64,000 bases of DNA from an uncultured Gemmatimonadales bacterium (GCA_963716255.1 OY970303.1:7680001-7744000), one strand, 5' to 3'. Positions 1-28,309 are shown, counted from the first letter of the stretch. Made by a program: numbers and translations. The notes: generated by a model from the sequence alone, not told the origin.

Positions 1-2
1 TG

Positions 3-6449
<6,447 letters not shown>

Positions 6450-6470
6450 ACGGCTTTAAACAGCGGATTC

Positions 6471-6604
6471 GGGCGTGTCCCCGGCTGGCGCCGGGGTCGG
6501 GCTTCGGCTCCGTAAGCCCGCAAACAACGCGGGCTTACGGAGTCGAGCCCCGGCGGAAACTACCCCGCCGGGTCTCGCCCCTTCGGGCCGGAATCCCTCA
6601 CGCG
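6471..6604 (+). repeat. Interspersed structured repeat family A, copy 1
   Basis: gggcgtg..ccccggctggcgccggggtcgggcttcggctccgtaa-[stem-aaacaac-stem]-ttacggagtcgagccc..atccctcacgcg; 21 bp after the PKS-NRPS stop. Confidence 0.95.
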
Positions 6605-6633
6605 AGGGTGGCGCTGGCGTCCGCCGGTGCCGG

Positions 6634-6676
6634 CCCCCTCACCCCCCGGCCCCCTCTCCCACGAGGGGAGAGGGGG
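6634..6676. repeat. REP-like palindrome (ccctcacccc..ccccctctccc-N5-gggagaggggg)
   Basis: Perfect hairpin ccccctctccc/gggagaggggg preceded by ccctcacccc, lying between two family A copies. Confidence 0.6.
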
Positions 6677-6701
6677 AGCACGACAACGACACATCGGCAG
6701 T

Positions 6702-6769
6702 CGAGGGTCAGGCAGCCCTCCCCCAGAATTGGGGGAGGGTGGCGAGCCTAAGCGAGCCGGGTGGGGGCC
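6702..6769 (+). repeat. Palindromic repeat family B, copy 1
   Basis: cgagggtcaggcagccctcccccagaattgggggagggtggcg..ccgggtgggggcc; near-identical copy at 23908-23975. Confidence 0.8.
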
Positions 6770-6792
6770 CCCGCGGACGCCAGCGCGAACCC

Positions 6793-6921
6793 CGCGTGAG
6801 GGATGCGAGCGCGAAGCGGCGAGACCCGCGGGCAGTTTCGCGGGGCTCGCCTCCGTTACGCAGCGTTGTTTGCTGCGTTACGGAGCCGCAGCCCGACCCC
6901 GGCGCAGCCGGGGGCACGTCC
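6793..6921 (-). repeat. Repeat family A, copy 2 (diverged)
   Basis: Reverse complement of family A; follows the stop of the minus-strand gene at 6960. Confidence 0.9.
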
Positions 6922-6959
6922 TGACCATGCCGTAAAATCCGTCCTGACCGCACCCGCGA

Positions 6960-9152
6960 TCAGAGCCCGCCGCCCATCCGCAGGTGCACCCGCCACCCGC
7001 CCCCGCCGATCCCCCGCGCCACGTCCAGGCGCAGCAGGTTGTCGAACACCGAGATCCCCGCCCCCGCCCCCCGCAGCGGCCGCCCGCTCCAGAAGGCGTC
7101 GCGCTCACCCGCCCACCCCGCGTCGCCGAACACCGACAGCCGCATCGCCGGGCCCCCGCGGGTGAGCTCGCCGCGCGCCAGCCACAGGCTCTCGCCCCGC
7201 AGCGAGGCCGGGTCGTGGCCGCGCACGGTGGTCGCGCCGCCGATCTGCCAGGCGCGCTGCGCGGGCACGTCGCCCAGCCCGGCCCCGGCGGCCAGCGCCA
7301 CCCCGAAGCCCACGCCGCCCCACAGCGGCCGGTCGGCCGTCAGCCGCACGAGCGGGCGGGCGAAGGTCCGGTCGCCGGTCTCGCCGTGCAATTCCACCTC
7401 TGCGCCGGCGCGGAGCCGCGCGGGGTCGTCGCCGCGGGTGCCGCGCAGGCGGAGCGTGGCGCCCGCCTGGTCGATCTCTTCGGCGGCGAGGTTGGCGCGC
7501 GTCTCGAAGTCCCCGTCCACCAGGGCGCGCAGGCTCGCGTCCGAGCGCGTCCGCACCGCCTCCTGGCGCTCCGCGAAGAGCCGCAGCTCCCAGCTCCGGG
7601 GCCGCGCCGCGGGGGGCGAGAAGCGCAGCTCGGCGCCCGTGCCGCGGAAGTAGTCGTTTTCCTCCCGCCCCAGGAGCAGCGCGCTCGCGGAGCTGGCGAG
7701 GGAAAAGGGCTGCGACGCCACCTCCACCGCCTCCAGGCCGCGGTACGCCGCCGCCTCGGCCCGCAGCGAGGGGCCTGTGTGCGCCGCGGCGAGCCGCGCG
7801 CCCACCTCGCCGGTGGTGCCGGCGCGGAGCTCGCCGCGAAGCTCCGCCGGGCCCAGCGGGAGGACGGCCCGCCCTCCCAGCGACAGCCCCTCCACGCGGT
7901 TGTAGCGCACCAGCTCCGGGGTGAGCAGCTGCACGCCGGGGCGCGCGACGCTCCAGGGGACCCCGGGGATGCCGTCCAGCAGCCCGGCCAGCTCCCGCAG
8001 GTCGGCCTCGCCCACCGGCCCCTCGCCCTCGTCGTAGATGTCCGCGGGGAGCGCGGGGCTCGCGACCAGCTCGGCGGGCGAGGCCCGCGTCACCAGGAAC
8101 GTGCGGTCGCAGCCGCCGCCGCCGGCCGCGGCGGTGTCGCCCGCCGCGACGCGGGCGGCCGAGCGGGTCCACGCGGAGTCCCACGCGGCCGCGCCCGCGG
8201 AATCGCTCGCGCGCGGCGGGCCCGTGCCGATGGTGATGCTCCCGAAGGCGCGCGGGCGGCAGGGCCGCTCCGCCGCCGCGGCGAGCGCCGCGTCCGCGGG
8301 GGGCACGCCGGACAGGGTGTCGCCCAGTACGGTGTAGCCCTCGTAGCGGCGCTCGTAGGCGAGCGGGAAGCGGGTCCCGGCGACGCGCACCACGCCGCGC
8401 GCCACCACCGTGCGCGGCATCCACCAGCGCAGGTCCAGCAGCCCGTAGTCGATGGCGACGTGGTCCAGCTCGCTCGTCACCTCGGGCACGAGCACCGAGA
8501 CGCGCGAATCGCCGGCGCTGCGGGCGCGGCTCAGGCGGAACGCGGCCCGCACCACGGCGTGCGTCGCCGCGTCCACCCAGAAGGAGCCGTTGATCAGCCG
8601 CTCGTCCGCGCGGCGCGCGGCCACGCGCAGCTCCAGCAGGCGCACGCCGCGCCCGTCCGGGAGCCGGATCGCGGCGCTGTCGCCGCTGGAAAAGCGGTAG
8701 AACGCCTCGCTCCCCGGCGCCAGCGGGTGGCGGATGAAGGTGGAGTCGAAGCGGAGCAGCATCTCCGAGTCCACCGGGTCGAAGGCGAGCGACGGGACCG
8801 TCCCCGCCAGGTCCGGCGGGGGGAGCTGCGCCCCGGCGCGCATCAGCGGCTGCGCCTCGCGCGCGCCCAGGACGTCGATCCGCACGGTGTCGCGGGTCCA
8901 GGCGATGTGGGCCGCGGTCTCGCGCCGGAAGAGCAGCCGCTCGGCCCCGGCCACGGCCATGCGCGCGGAGAAGCGCTCGTGCGCCGTGACCTCGTACGCG
9001 GTGATGCGGGTGTCCACCACGGCGCGGCGGGCACGGGCGAGGCGCACCAGCTCGCGGGCGCGGGGGTCGCGGTACGCATCGGCGTGCGCGGCGTCCTGCG
9101 CCGCGGCGGGCAGGGCGCAGAGGAGCAGCGCGAGGACCAGGAGCGGGCGCAT
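6960..9152 (-). CDS. Secreted/outer-membrane protein with probable C-terminal beta-barrel (surface-antigen/BamA-TamA-like)
   Basis: Signal peptide MRPLLVLALLLCALPAAAQD; RYNRVEGLSLG; C-terminal strands (GGATTVRGH, VFGDAGW, LRLDVARG). Confidence 0.65.
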   Translation of the reverse strand: MRPLLVLALLLCALPAAAQDAAHADAYRDPRARELVRLARARRAVVDTRITAYEVTAHERFSARMAVAGAERLLFRRETAAHIAWTRDTVRIDVLGAREAQPLMRAGAQLPPPDLAGTVPSLAFDPVDSEMLLRFDSTFIRHPLAPGSEAFYRFSSGDSAAIRLPDGRGVRLLELRVAARRADERLINGSFWVDAATHAVVRAAFRLSRARSAGDSRVSVLVPEVTSELDHVAIDYGLLDLRWWMPRTVVARGVVRVAGTRFPLAYERRYEGYTVLGDTLSGVPPADAALAAAAERPCRPRAFGSITIGTGPPRASDSAGAAAWDSAWTRSAARVAAGDTAAAGGGGCDRTFLVTRASPAELVASPALPADIYDEGEGPVGEADLRELAGLLDGIPGVPWSVARPGVQLLTPELVRYNRVEGLSLGGRAVLPLGPAELRGELRAGTTGEVGARLAAAHTGPSLRAEAAAYRGLEAVEVASQPFSLASSASALLLGREENDYFRGTGAELRFSPPAARPRSWELRLFAERQEAVRTRSDASLRALVDGDFETRANLAAEEIDQAGATLRLRGTRGDDPARLRAGAEVELHGETGDRTFARPLVRLTADRPLWGGVGFGVALAAGAGLGDVPAQRAWQIGGATTVRGHDPASLRGESLWLARGELTRGGPAMRLSVFGDAGWAGERDAFWSGRPLRGAGAGISVFDNLLRLDVARGIGGGGWRVHLRMGGGL

Positions 9153-9444
9153 GGGCCGGAGGAGCGGAAGGGGCGGGGGTGGACGGCGTCGCACGGTGTA
9201 CTGCGGCGGGCGCGGCGGAGTTCCGGGCCGCCGGGCACGACGGGGGCCGGATCCCCCCACGGCGCTGCATCGCCGCTTCACTCCCGGCCGCGGTTGCCGA
9301 TACTTGCCGGGGGGCGGGGGCCATTCCTAAGATACGGCGAAGTTCGCATTCGGATCGCGGCTTTCAGGCAGCAGTCTGTGCCGGATGCGCGTCCGGCGGT
9401 TCCCTCCCCGAAGCTCATTCCTCCACACACCACCCCCGTCCCCA

Positions 9445-10557
9445 ATGTCCAACGTCTACGTGCTGTACACCGGCGGCACCATCGGCTGCGTCGGCGACCC
9501 GCTCGCGCCCATGTCCGGCCCCAGCTTCGCCCAGCTCGTCGCCTCCATGCCCGGCCTGGCGAACGGCGCGGTGACCGGCTACGCCGGCCTCACCTACACG
9601 GTGGAGTGGACCCCCCAGCCGCTCGACAGCTCCAACATGTCGCCGTCCGACTGGGTGGCCATCGCCCAGCAGCTCGCCGCGAACTACGCCGGCTACGACG
9701 GCTTCGTGGTGCTGCACGGCACCGACACCATGTCGTTCACGGCCTCCGCGCTGTCGTTCCTCTTCCAGGGGCTTTCCAAGCCGGTCATCCTCACCGGCTC
9801 GCAGCTCCCGCTGGCCAACACGCTCAACGACGCGCTCCCCAACCTGGTCGCCTCCATCGTCCTGGCGGGGACCACGCAGATCCCCGAAGTCTGCCTGTAC
9901 TTCGACTCGCTGCTGCTGCGGGGGAACCGCTCCGTCAAGGTGAACGCCAACCAGTTCGCCGGCTTCAACTCGCCCAACTTCCCGCCGCTGGCCACGGTGG
10001 GGACGGAGCTCACCATCAACTCCTCCCTGCTCCTCCCGCCGCCGGACTGGGGCTCCTCGCTCTCCAACCCCCCGGTGCTCGCCGCCCTCCAGGCGCAGCT
10101 CCAGGCGCTCGCCGCCAGCGTGCAGGAGTTCTCGATCATCGCGCTGGTGCTCTACCCCGGGATCCAGCCTTCCACGGTGAGCGGGATGTTCGACGGCACC
10201 AGCCCCTCGCTTTCCGGCGTGGTCCTGGAAGCGTTCGGGGAGGGGAACGGGCCCTCCAACCCCCAGTTCCTGGACGTGCTCTCCGCGGCCAATGCCGCCG
10301 GAGTCGTGCTGATGGACAACACCCAGGTGCTCACCGGCTCGGTGAACATCTCCGCGTACGCCACCGGCTCCGGGCTCGCCCAGGCCGGAGCCATCAGCGC
10401 CTACGACATGACGCCCGAAGCGTCGCTCACCAAGCTGGTCTACCTGTTCGGCAACGGGCTGTCCCCGGCCGCGGTGAAGACCGAGATGCAGCAGAGCCTG
10501 CGCGGCGAGATCACCCCGCCCGCCGGGGCCGCCACCACGTCGCTGCCGGTGTTCTGA
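9445..10557 (+). CDS. ansA: L-asparaginase type I (cytoplasmic)
   Basis: Motifs YTGGTIG, LDSSNM, HGTDTM, PVILTGSQ, LLRGNRSVK, DMTPEA. Confidence 0.9.
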   Translation: MSNVYVLYTGGTIGCVGDPLAPMSGPSFAQLVASMPGLANGAVTGYAGLTYTVEWTPQPLDSSNMSPSDWVAIAQQLAANYAGYDGFVVLHGTDTMSFTASALSFLFQGLSKPVILTGSQLPLANTLNDALPNLVASIVLAGTTQIPEVCLYFDSLLLRGNRSVKVNANQFAGFNSPNFPPLATVGTELTINSSLLLPPPDWGSSLSNPPVLAALQAQLQALAASVQEFSIIALVLYPGIQPSTVSGMFDGTSPSLSGVVLEAFGEGNGPSNPQFLDVLSAANAAGVVLMDNTQVLTGSVNISAYATGSGLAQAGAISAYDMTPEASLTKLVYLFGNGLSPAAVKTEMQQSLRGEITPPAGAATTSLPVF

Positions 10558-10602
10558 GCAGCCCGTCCGCACCCGGTTTGAACGGCATTGTACGGCGGGT
10601 AA

Positions 10603-10736
10603 GGGCGTGCCCCCGGCTGGCGCCGGGGTCGGGCTTCGGCTCCGTAGCAGACGAAACAACCGTCTGCAACGGAGTCGAGCCCCGGCGGAAACAGCCCCGC
10701 CGGGTCTCGCCCCTTCGGGCCGTAATCCCTCACGCG
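10603..10736 (+). repeat. Repeat family A, copy 3
   Basis: Full copy; central stem gcagacg/cgtctgc. Confidence 0.95.
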
Positions 10737-10804
10737 GCTCCGTGCCTGGCCTCCACGTTCCGCGGGCGTGCGACGCACACGGATTCCGCATGACCTTCTT
10801 CCCA

Positions 10805-10853
10805 TGAAGACAGCGGGGCCGGCGGGATGATCCCGCCGGCCCCGCTGTCTTCA
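10805..10853. terminator. Perfect 24-bp inverted repeat between convergent asparaginase and NRPS genes; likely bidirectional terminator
   Basis: tgaagacagcggggccggcgggat-g-atcccgccggccccgctgtcttca. Confidence 0.7.
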
Positions 10854-10867
10854 CTGCGGCTCGACCG

Positions 10868-22534
<11,667 letters not shown>

Positions 22535-22833
22535 CCGTCCACGCGCGGGGCGCGGCCGGAGTTATCCCGCACGGATCGTTGCATCGCGGGGCGTCTCATC
22601 TGTTCACGGGTGGCGCCGTCCGTTCCTTCGTGTCCCCTTCAGGGCCCCACGGACCGCCCACCGCCGGGCAGCTCGTGACGGCAATTAACTTACCCCGTCG
22701 GGGAGGGTTTCGAAACCCCTCGCGGGGCGGCCGGACCCCGGCGGGCGGAGCGCGGGTACTCCAGGGCGCACCCGTCCCGGCCGCCGGAGCTCCCGGCCGG
22801 GCCCCGGCTCCCGCAGCGCCAGCCACGCCGCCC

Positions 22834-23721
22834 ATGAAGATCCCGGCCCGCCTCCTGCTCCTCGCCGCGGCGCTCGCCGCCGCCGGGGCGCCCGCGCCCG
22901 CCGCGGCGCAGGCCGAGCCGGCGCTCGCCTTCAACGTGCAGCCCTCCAGCGCGGGGCGGCTGCTGCCGCGCGTGCAGGAGGTGGGCGTGCGCCACGTCCG
23001 CGCCTCGTGGTGGGCGTGGAGCCGGCCGGCGGACTGGTCCTGGTACCCGCGCTACCGGCGCGCCGGCGTGGAGGTGCTGCCGCTCGTCTACGCCGGCCCC
23101 GGCGACCCCGCCACCGCCGCCGAGCGCATCGCCGCCCGCTACCGCGCCCTCTTCGACGCGTACGGCCCCTTCCCGTACGTGCAGCTGGACAACGAAGTGG
23201 ACGGCGACGGCCCCTTCGGCATCCCCGGCGGCGACCCGTACGCGCAGGGCCGCCGCTGGGGCGCGCAGATGAAGCGCGCGGCCCGGCTCATCCGCCGCTT
23301 CGACCCGGACGCAAAGTTCGTCAGCGCGGGCGTCGCCTGGAACCGCGAGGGGGTGCGCGACTGGCTGCGCGGCGTGGTGGAGGAGGGCGGGTTCGACGTG
23401 CTCGCCATCCACGTCTACGGCATCGGCCCCACCGGGGAGCCGCTGTCGCGCTGGCGGGCGGCGCGGCGCGCGGGGTGGAGGGGCCCCATCTGGGCCACCG
23501 AGCTGGGCGCGGACCACGCCCAGGCGCGCTACGTCAAGCGCGACCCGGACCAGTTCCAGGCCGAGCAGCTCCGCCGGACGCTCACCGAGGACGAGTCGCG
23601 CTTCGGCTACGAGCGGCTGTACTGGTTCCAGCTCACGCCCGATCCGGGCGGCTTCGGGATCCTCCGCGAGGACGGCACCCCGCGGCCGGCGTATACCTGG
23701 CTGCGGTCGCGTCGGCAGTGA
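22834..23721 (+). CDS. Secreted glycoside hydrolase-like protein (clan GH-A TIM barrel)
   Basis: Signal peptide; acid/base-like LDNEVD, IHVY, nucleophile-like IWATELG. Confidence 0.65.
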   Translation: MKIPARLLLLAAALAAAGAPAPAAAQAEPALAFNVQPSSAGRLLPRVQEVGVRHVRASWWAWSRPADWSWYPRYRRAGVEVLPLVYAGPGDPATAAERIAARYRALFDAYGPFPYVQLDNEVDGDGPFGIPGGDPYAQGRRWGAQMKRAARLIRRFDPDAKFVSAGVAWNREGVRDWLRGVVEEGGFDVLAIHVYGIGPTGEPLSRWRAARRAGWRGPIWATELGADHAQARYVKRDPDQFQAEQLRRTLTEDESRFGYERLYWFQLTPDPGGFGILREDGTPRPAYTWLRSRRQ

Positions 23722-23744
23722 ATGGCTCGTTGAACGGCGGGGTT

Positions 23745-23874
23745 GGGCGTGCCCCCGGCTGGCGCCGGGGTCGGGCTTCGGCTCCGTAAAGCAGCAAACA
23801 ACGCTGCTTAACGGAGTCGAGCCCCGCGAAACTGCCCGCGGGTCTCGCCCCTCCGGGCCGAAATCCCTCACGCG
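23745..23874 (+). repeat. Repeat family A, copy 4
   Basis: Full copy; central stem agcagc/gctgct. Confidence 0.95.
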
Positions 23875-23907
23875 GGCATCGCGCTGGCGTCCGCGCGTGC
23901 CGGATCC

Positions 23908-23975
23908 CGAGGGACAGGAAGCCCTCCCCCAGAATTGGGGGAGGGTGGCGGCTCTCAGGCCGCCGGGTGGGGGCC
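23908..23975 (+). repeat. Palindromic repeat family B, copy 2
   Basis: gccctcccccagaattgggggagggtggcg..ccgggtgggggcc matches 6702-6769. Confidence 0.8.
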
Positions 23976-24094
23976 GCTGTCGCCCGTCCCGCCCGCGAAG
24001 TAGAATGCTGCGCTCCTCCAGGACGGACGCCGTGCGGCGCGCGCCGCATCTCGCGGGCCGGCATCAACCATCCATCCACCCGACACGACCGAAC

Positions 24095-25651
24095 ATGCCA
24101 CACCTCAGGAGCGCCGCGCTCGCGCTCGCCTGCCTCTGGAGCGTGCCCGCCGCGGCGCAGCTCCGCTACACCGTGGACGTGCGCGAGCCCGCCAGCCACA
24201 GCGCGCGGGTCACGCTGCGGGTGGACTCGCTTCCGGCGGGGGACAGCGTCTTCCAGTTCGCCGCGACGGCGCCGGGGACGTACCAGACCATGAACATCGG
24301 GCGGTTCGTGCGCGACCTGCGCGCCACGGACGCGCGCGGGCGCGTGGTCCCCACGCGCCAGATCTCGGTCAACGCCTGGGCGATCTCCAGGCCGTCGCGG
24401 GTGCGCCAGGTGCGGTACCGGGTGCTGGACACCTGGAACACGCCCGTGGCCGAGTTCCCCATCTACCCCATGGCGGGCACGGCGATCGAGCCGGACCACG
24501 CGCTGCTCAACGCGCACGCGCTGCTCGGCTTCCCGCAGAGCATGCAGGGCTCGCGCGTCACCGTGAAGCTGCTGCACCCGCGCGGGTGGACGGTGGAGAC
24601 CCCGCTGCGCGAGGGGCCGCAGGGCTACGAGGCGGACAGCTACGACCACGCCGTGGACTCGCCCTTCCTGCTGGGGCGCAGCCTGTCCACCGCGAGCCTG
24701 GACGTCACCGGCGTGCCGGTGAGGATCGCCGTGTATTCGCCCGGCGAGCGGGTCTCGGCGGGGCAGCTCCGCGACGCCATGCGCGGCACGCTGCTGGCCG
24801 CCGGCCGCTTCCTGGGGCGCCTGCCCGTGGACCGCTACGTCTTCCTGTTCCGCTTCGCCCCCCCGAAGGAGGGGCAGGCGATGGGCGCGTGGGAGCACGG
24901 CCAGAGCTCCGAGTACGTCCTCCCCGACAAGCCCGACACCACCGGCGTCGGGGCCGGCACCACCAGCATCGCCGCCCACGAGTTCTTCCACGTGGTCACC
25001 CCGCTCAACATCCACTCCGAGATCATCGAGCACTTCGACTTCGAGACCCCCACCCCCTCGGAGCACCTGTGGCTGTACGAGGGCGTCACCGAGTGGGCGT
25101 CCGACAAGATGCAGCAGGAGGCCGGGCTCATGACGCTCGACACCTACCTGGGAGAGGTCGCGGGCAAGATCATGACGGACCGCGAGCGCTTCGACACCAC
25201 CTACTCGCTGTCCCGGCTCGCGGCCACCTCGTTCACCGCCGAGGGAGCCCAGCAGTACGGCAACATCTACCAGCGCGGCGCCGTGGTCGCCGGCCTGCTC
25301 GACATCCGCCTGCTCCAGCTCTCCGGCGGCCGCGACGGGCTGCGCAACCTGCTGGTGGACCTGGCGCGCGACTACGGCAAGGCGCGGCCGTTCCCGGAGG
25401 ATTCCCTCTTCCGCATCATCGCCGCGCGCACCTCGCCCGAGGTGCTGGACTTCTTCGCGCGCTACGTGCAGGGCAACGAGCGGCTGCCGGTCAGGGAGTA
25501 CTACGCCCTGCTCGGCATCGACGTGGTGGAGAACGCGCAGGGGACGCCCACCGGCTTCGTCGTCAAGCCCGACGCCACGCCGGAGCAGCGCCGCCTGCGC
25601 GACGCCTGGCTCCAGGGCGGCACCGACGCGGTGGAAAAGGCCGCCGCGTAG
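24095..25651 (+). CDS. Secreted M61-family (glycyl aminopeptidase-like) metallopeptidase
   Basis: Signal peptide; GAWEH, AHEFFH zinc motif, LWLYEGVTEW, IYQRG. Confidence 0.85.
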   Translation: MPHLRSAALALACLWSVPAAAQLRYTVDVREPASHSARVTLRVDSLPAGDSVFQFAATAPGTYQTMNIGRFVRDLRATDARGRVVPTRQISVNAWAISRPSRVRQVRYRVLDTWNTPVAEFPIYPMAGTAIEPDHALLNAHALLGFPQSMQGSRVTVKLLHPRGWTVETPLREGPQGYEADSYDHAVDSPFLLGRSLSTASLDVTGVPVRIAVYSPGERVSAGQLRDAMRGTLLAAGRFLGRLPVDRYVFLFRFAPPKEGQAMGAWEHGQSSEYVLPDKPDTTGVGAGTTSIAAHEFFHVVTPLNIHSEIIEHFDFETPTPSEHLWLYEGVTEWASDKMQQEAGLMTLDTYLGEVAGKIMTDRERFDTTYSLSRLAATSFTAEGAQQYGNIYQRGAVVAGLLDIRLLQLSGGRDGLRNLLVDLARDYGKARPFPEDSLFRIIAARTSPEVLDFFARYVQGNERLPVREYYALLGIDVVENAQGTPTGFVVKPDATPEQRRLRDAWLQGGTDAVEKAAA

Positions 25652-25810
25652 CGGCGCCCGCCTCGCGGCCGGCCACAGCAGGCCGCGGCGGGCCCGCTCC
25701 CACTCGGGGGGCGGGCCCGTCTCGTTTCTCCGCTCCCCGCGCGTTATCGTGTCCCGGGCGGGTGCACCCCGCGCCGCCGCCGCTCCGGTGAGCCTCGTTC
25801 CCACGCGAGC

Positions 25811-26230
25811 ATGAAGATGGAAGTGATCCGCGACCTCGCCGAGTTCCGGTCCCCCCGGTTCGCGCCCGTGCTGCCGGAGGAGCGCCAGGTGAACCCGGGC
25901 GTCTACGGGGCCGAGCTGGCGTTCTGGCTGTGCACCCGCCTGTGCGCGGAGAAGGGAATTGCGACCAGCTATCCCGACGCCGAGGACTGGGGGTGGCTCC
26001 TCGGCTGGTCCACGGCCGGCGGTGACCAGTTCGCCCTCCACTGCGGCAACGTGGACGGGACCAACGACCGCTGGCTCCTTTCACTGCGACGCTTCGGGCG
26101 CGGGCTTTTCGGCCGAGACAAGCCGGACTTCGCGCGGGCGGAAGGGCTCGTGAAGGCGGTGCGCGAGCTCCTGGAGGCCGAGGAGAGCGTTTCCGAGCTC
26201 GAGTGGCGCTTCGACGACGCGTCCGGGTGA
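25811..26230 (+). CDS. Hypothetical protein
   Basis: 139-aa ORF with normal composition and GC3-biased codons (VNPGVYGAELAFWL, EDWGW). Confidence 0.7.
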   Translation: MKMEVIRDLAEFRSPRFAPVLPEERQVNPGVYGAELAFWLCTRLCAEKGIATSYPDAEDWGWLLGWSTAGGDQFALHCGNVDGTNDRWLLSLRRFGRGLFGRDKPDFARAEGLVKAVRELLEAEESVSELEWRFDDASG

Positions 26231-26294
26231 CGAGCCGCCGGCCACGCGGGAATGCGGAGCCTCCGGAATGAACCCCTGCATCCCAGGCAGATCC

Positions 26295-27170
26295 ATGGCT
26301 GTACCCGCCCGTCCCCGCTTCGCGACCCTCGCGCCGGCTCTGTGCCTCCTCGCGCTCCCGGCGGCGGCGCAGGAGCGCAGGGTGGCGGACGTGCCGTTCG
26401 TCCCCACGCCCATGGAGGCGGTGGACGTGATCCTGGACCTCGCCGCCGTCACCTCCGCCGACGTGGTCTACGACCTGGGCTCCGGCGACGGCCGCATCCC
26501 CATCGCCGCGGCGCGGCGGCGCGGCGCGCGGGGGATGGGCATCGACATCGACCCCGCGCTGGTGCGCCTGGCCGAGGAGAACGCCCGCGCCGCCGGCGTG
26601 GCCGACCGCGTCCGCTTCGTCCGCGGCGACCTGTTCCAGGCGGACCTGCGCCCGGCGACGGTGGTCACCCTGTACCTGCTTTCCAGCCTCAACCTGCGCC
26701 TGCGGCCGCTGCTCCTGGAGCGGCTGCGCCCCGGGACGCGCGTGGTCAGCAACTCCTTCGGAATGGGGGAGTGGCGGCCGGACAGCGTGGTGGTGGTGGA
26801 GCGCCCCGGCGGCGACTTCGGGCCCCGCATCTACTTCTGGGTGGTCCCCGCCCGCGTCGCGGGAGCCTGGGAGCTGGACGTGGCCGGCCGGTCGCTGGCG
26901 CTGGAGGTCCGCCAGTCGTTCCAGCGCTTCGAGGCCACCGTCCACGCGGGAGGGAAGGCATACCCGGTGGAGGACCCGCTGCTCCGCGGCGACAGCATCG
27001 CCTTCACGGTGCGCCTCCCCGGCGGCAGCGGCGGGGACGCCGTGCCGCGGCGCTTCGCCGGGCGGGTGATGGACGACAACATCATCGGCACGCTCGCCTC
27101 CGGCGGCGCCTGGTTCGCCCGGCGCGGCGCGGCCCGGCGCCCGGACTCCGCACTGGCCGGGCCCCCGTGA
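26295..27170 (+). CDS. Class I SAM-dependent methyltransferase with N-terminal signal-like peptide
   Basis: DVPFVPTP, YDLGSGDGRI, GIDID, GDLF, VVTLYL. Confidence 0.85.
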   Translation: MAVPARPRFATLAPALCLLALPAAAQERRVADVPFVPTPMEAVDVILDLAAVTSADVVYDLGSGDGRIPIAAARRRGARGMGIDIDPALVRLAEENARAAGVADRVRFVRGDLFQADLRPATVVTLYLLSSLNLRLRPLLLERLRPGTRVVSNSFGMGEWRPDSVVVVERPGGDFGPRIYFWVVPARVAGAWELDVAGRSLALEVRQSFQRFEATVHAGGKAYPVEDPLLRGDSIAFTVRLPGGSGGDAVPRRFAGRVMDDNIIGTLASGGAWFARRGAARRPDSALAGPP

Positions 27171-28309
27171 CCGGCGGGGAAGCGGCGCCGGAGCTGACCG
27201 CGGCGCAGCGGGAAGCCATCGCGCACGTGACCCGGGTCGCGCGCGAGCGGCGGGCGGGCGCGCGCGCGGAGCTGCTCGCCTCGCTGCGCGCGGCCGGCGT
27301 CGCGGAGGCGGACCGGGGCGAGGCGATGCAGCGCCTCCGCGGCCAGGGCCGGGTGGCCTTCGCCTTCCACCCGGAGCGGCTGAGCCGCGGCGGCCGCAGC
27401 GTCGCCCACGGGCTGCTGGCGGACGGGGTGTACCGGAACCAGTTCGAGACCGGCGTGTCCGGCGGGAGCGCGAGCGCCTTCGCCGGGGGCGCCCGGGACG
27501 AGTGGGAGCGCCGGCTCTTCGGGGGGGCGTACCACCGCCCCGGGGTCGCCCCCGCAGACCGCCCCACGTACGGCGCGCTCTTCCTGGTCGCGCACCCGGA
27601 CGGCCCCGCTCCGCGCTTCGGCTCGTGCTACCTGGTGCTCCGGCCCCAGGTCACGGCGCGCTGCACCTTCACCTTCCCCGGCAGCCAGGACGACGCGGCC
27701 CGCGAGGGGTCGGGCACGCTGGAGGTCCCCGAGCCCGTGGCGGCGGCCCTGCTGCGCCACGTGGAGGTGGACCCCGCGCCGCTGGGCGTGCCCGGCCTCG
27801 CCGTGGGCGAGCTGGTGGGGGCGATGCGCGCGGGCGTGCCCTGCGCCCCGCGCGGCGCCCGGGGCGGCGGCCCCGGGCGCGCGCTGGACAGCTTCGTGGA
27901 GGCCCAGGTGCACGGCCCCGTGGAGCTCGCGCGCGACGCCGAGCGCCTGGTGGCCGACTCCGCCTTTCGCGGGACCCCGGTCGCCGACGTCCTCGCCCGG
28001 ATCGCGTCCACCCACGGCATCTCCCTGGCCTGGCACCCCGGCTTCGCGCTCGCGGCCGCGGACGTCCCCGCCACCTTCCGCGGCTTTCCCACCCGCCGCC
28101 TCGCGGAGCGCATCGCGCCCTGCGCGACCCTCGACGCCCCCCGGATCGGCGCCGCGCACAACGACTTCGCGGCGAACCCCGGAGCGTGGGCGGAGTTCGG
28201 CACCCCCTCCGAGGTGCGCGCCTGCTTCCGCCGCCTGTGGCACGTCCTGGTGCTGTCGGGCGGCCCCGCGGCGAGTCCACCCGCGGACGCCAGCACCACC
28301 ACCGCGTGA
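27167..28309 (+). CDS. DUF3626-like protein
   Basis: GTGA overlap with upstream stop; FHPER..GVYRNQFETG..WERRLFGG..RPTYGAL..RFGSCY..FVEAQVHG pattern. Confidence 0.7.
   Translation: MTGGEAAPELTAAQREAIAHVTRVARERRAGARAELLASLRAAGVAEADRGEAMQRLRGQGRVAFAFHPERLSRGGRSVAHGLLADGVYRNQFETGVSGGSASAFAGGARDEWERRLFGGAYHRPGVAPADRPTYGALFLVAHPDGPAPRFGSCYLVLRPQVTARCTFTFPGSQDDAAREGSGTLEVPEPVAAALLRHVEVDPAPLGVPGLAVGELVGAMRAGVPCAPRGARGGGPGRALDSFVEAQVHGPVELARDAERLVADSAFRGTPVADVLARIASTHGISLAWHPGFALAAADVPATFRGFPTRRLAERIAPCATLDAPRIGAAHNDFAANPGAWAEFGTPSEVRACFRRLWHVLVLSGGPAASPPADASTTTA

Noticed and set aside
6471..6604. Family A as tRNA or hammerhead ribozyme
   Set aside because: No T-loop, anticodon arm or CCA pattern; no CUGAUGA core seen. 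Other ribozyme classes could not be excluded by eye.
6475..6953. Short ORFs repeatedly reading AGAGVGLRLR or VRDFGPKGRDP
   Set aside because: They are translations of repeat family A, not a protein family.
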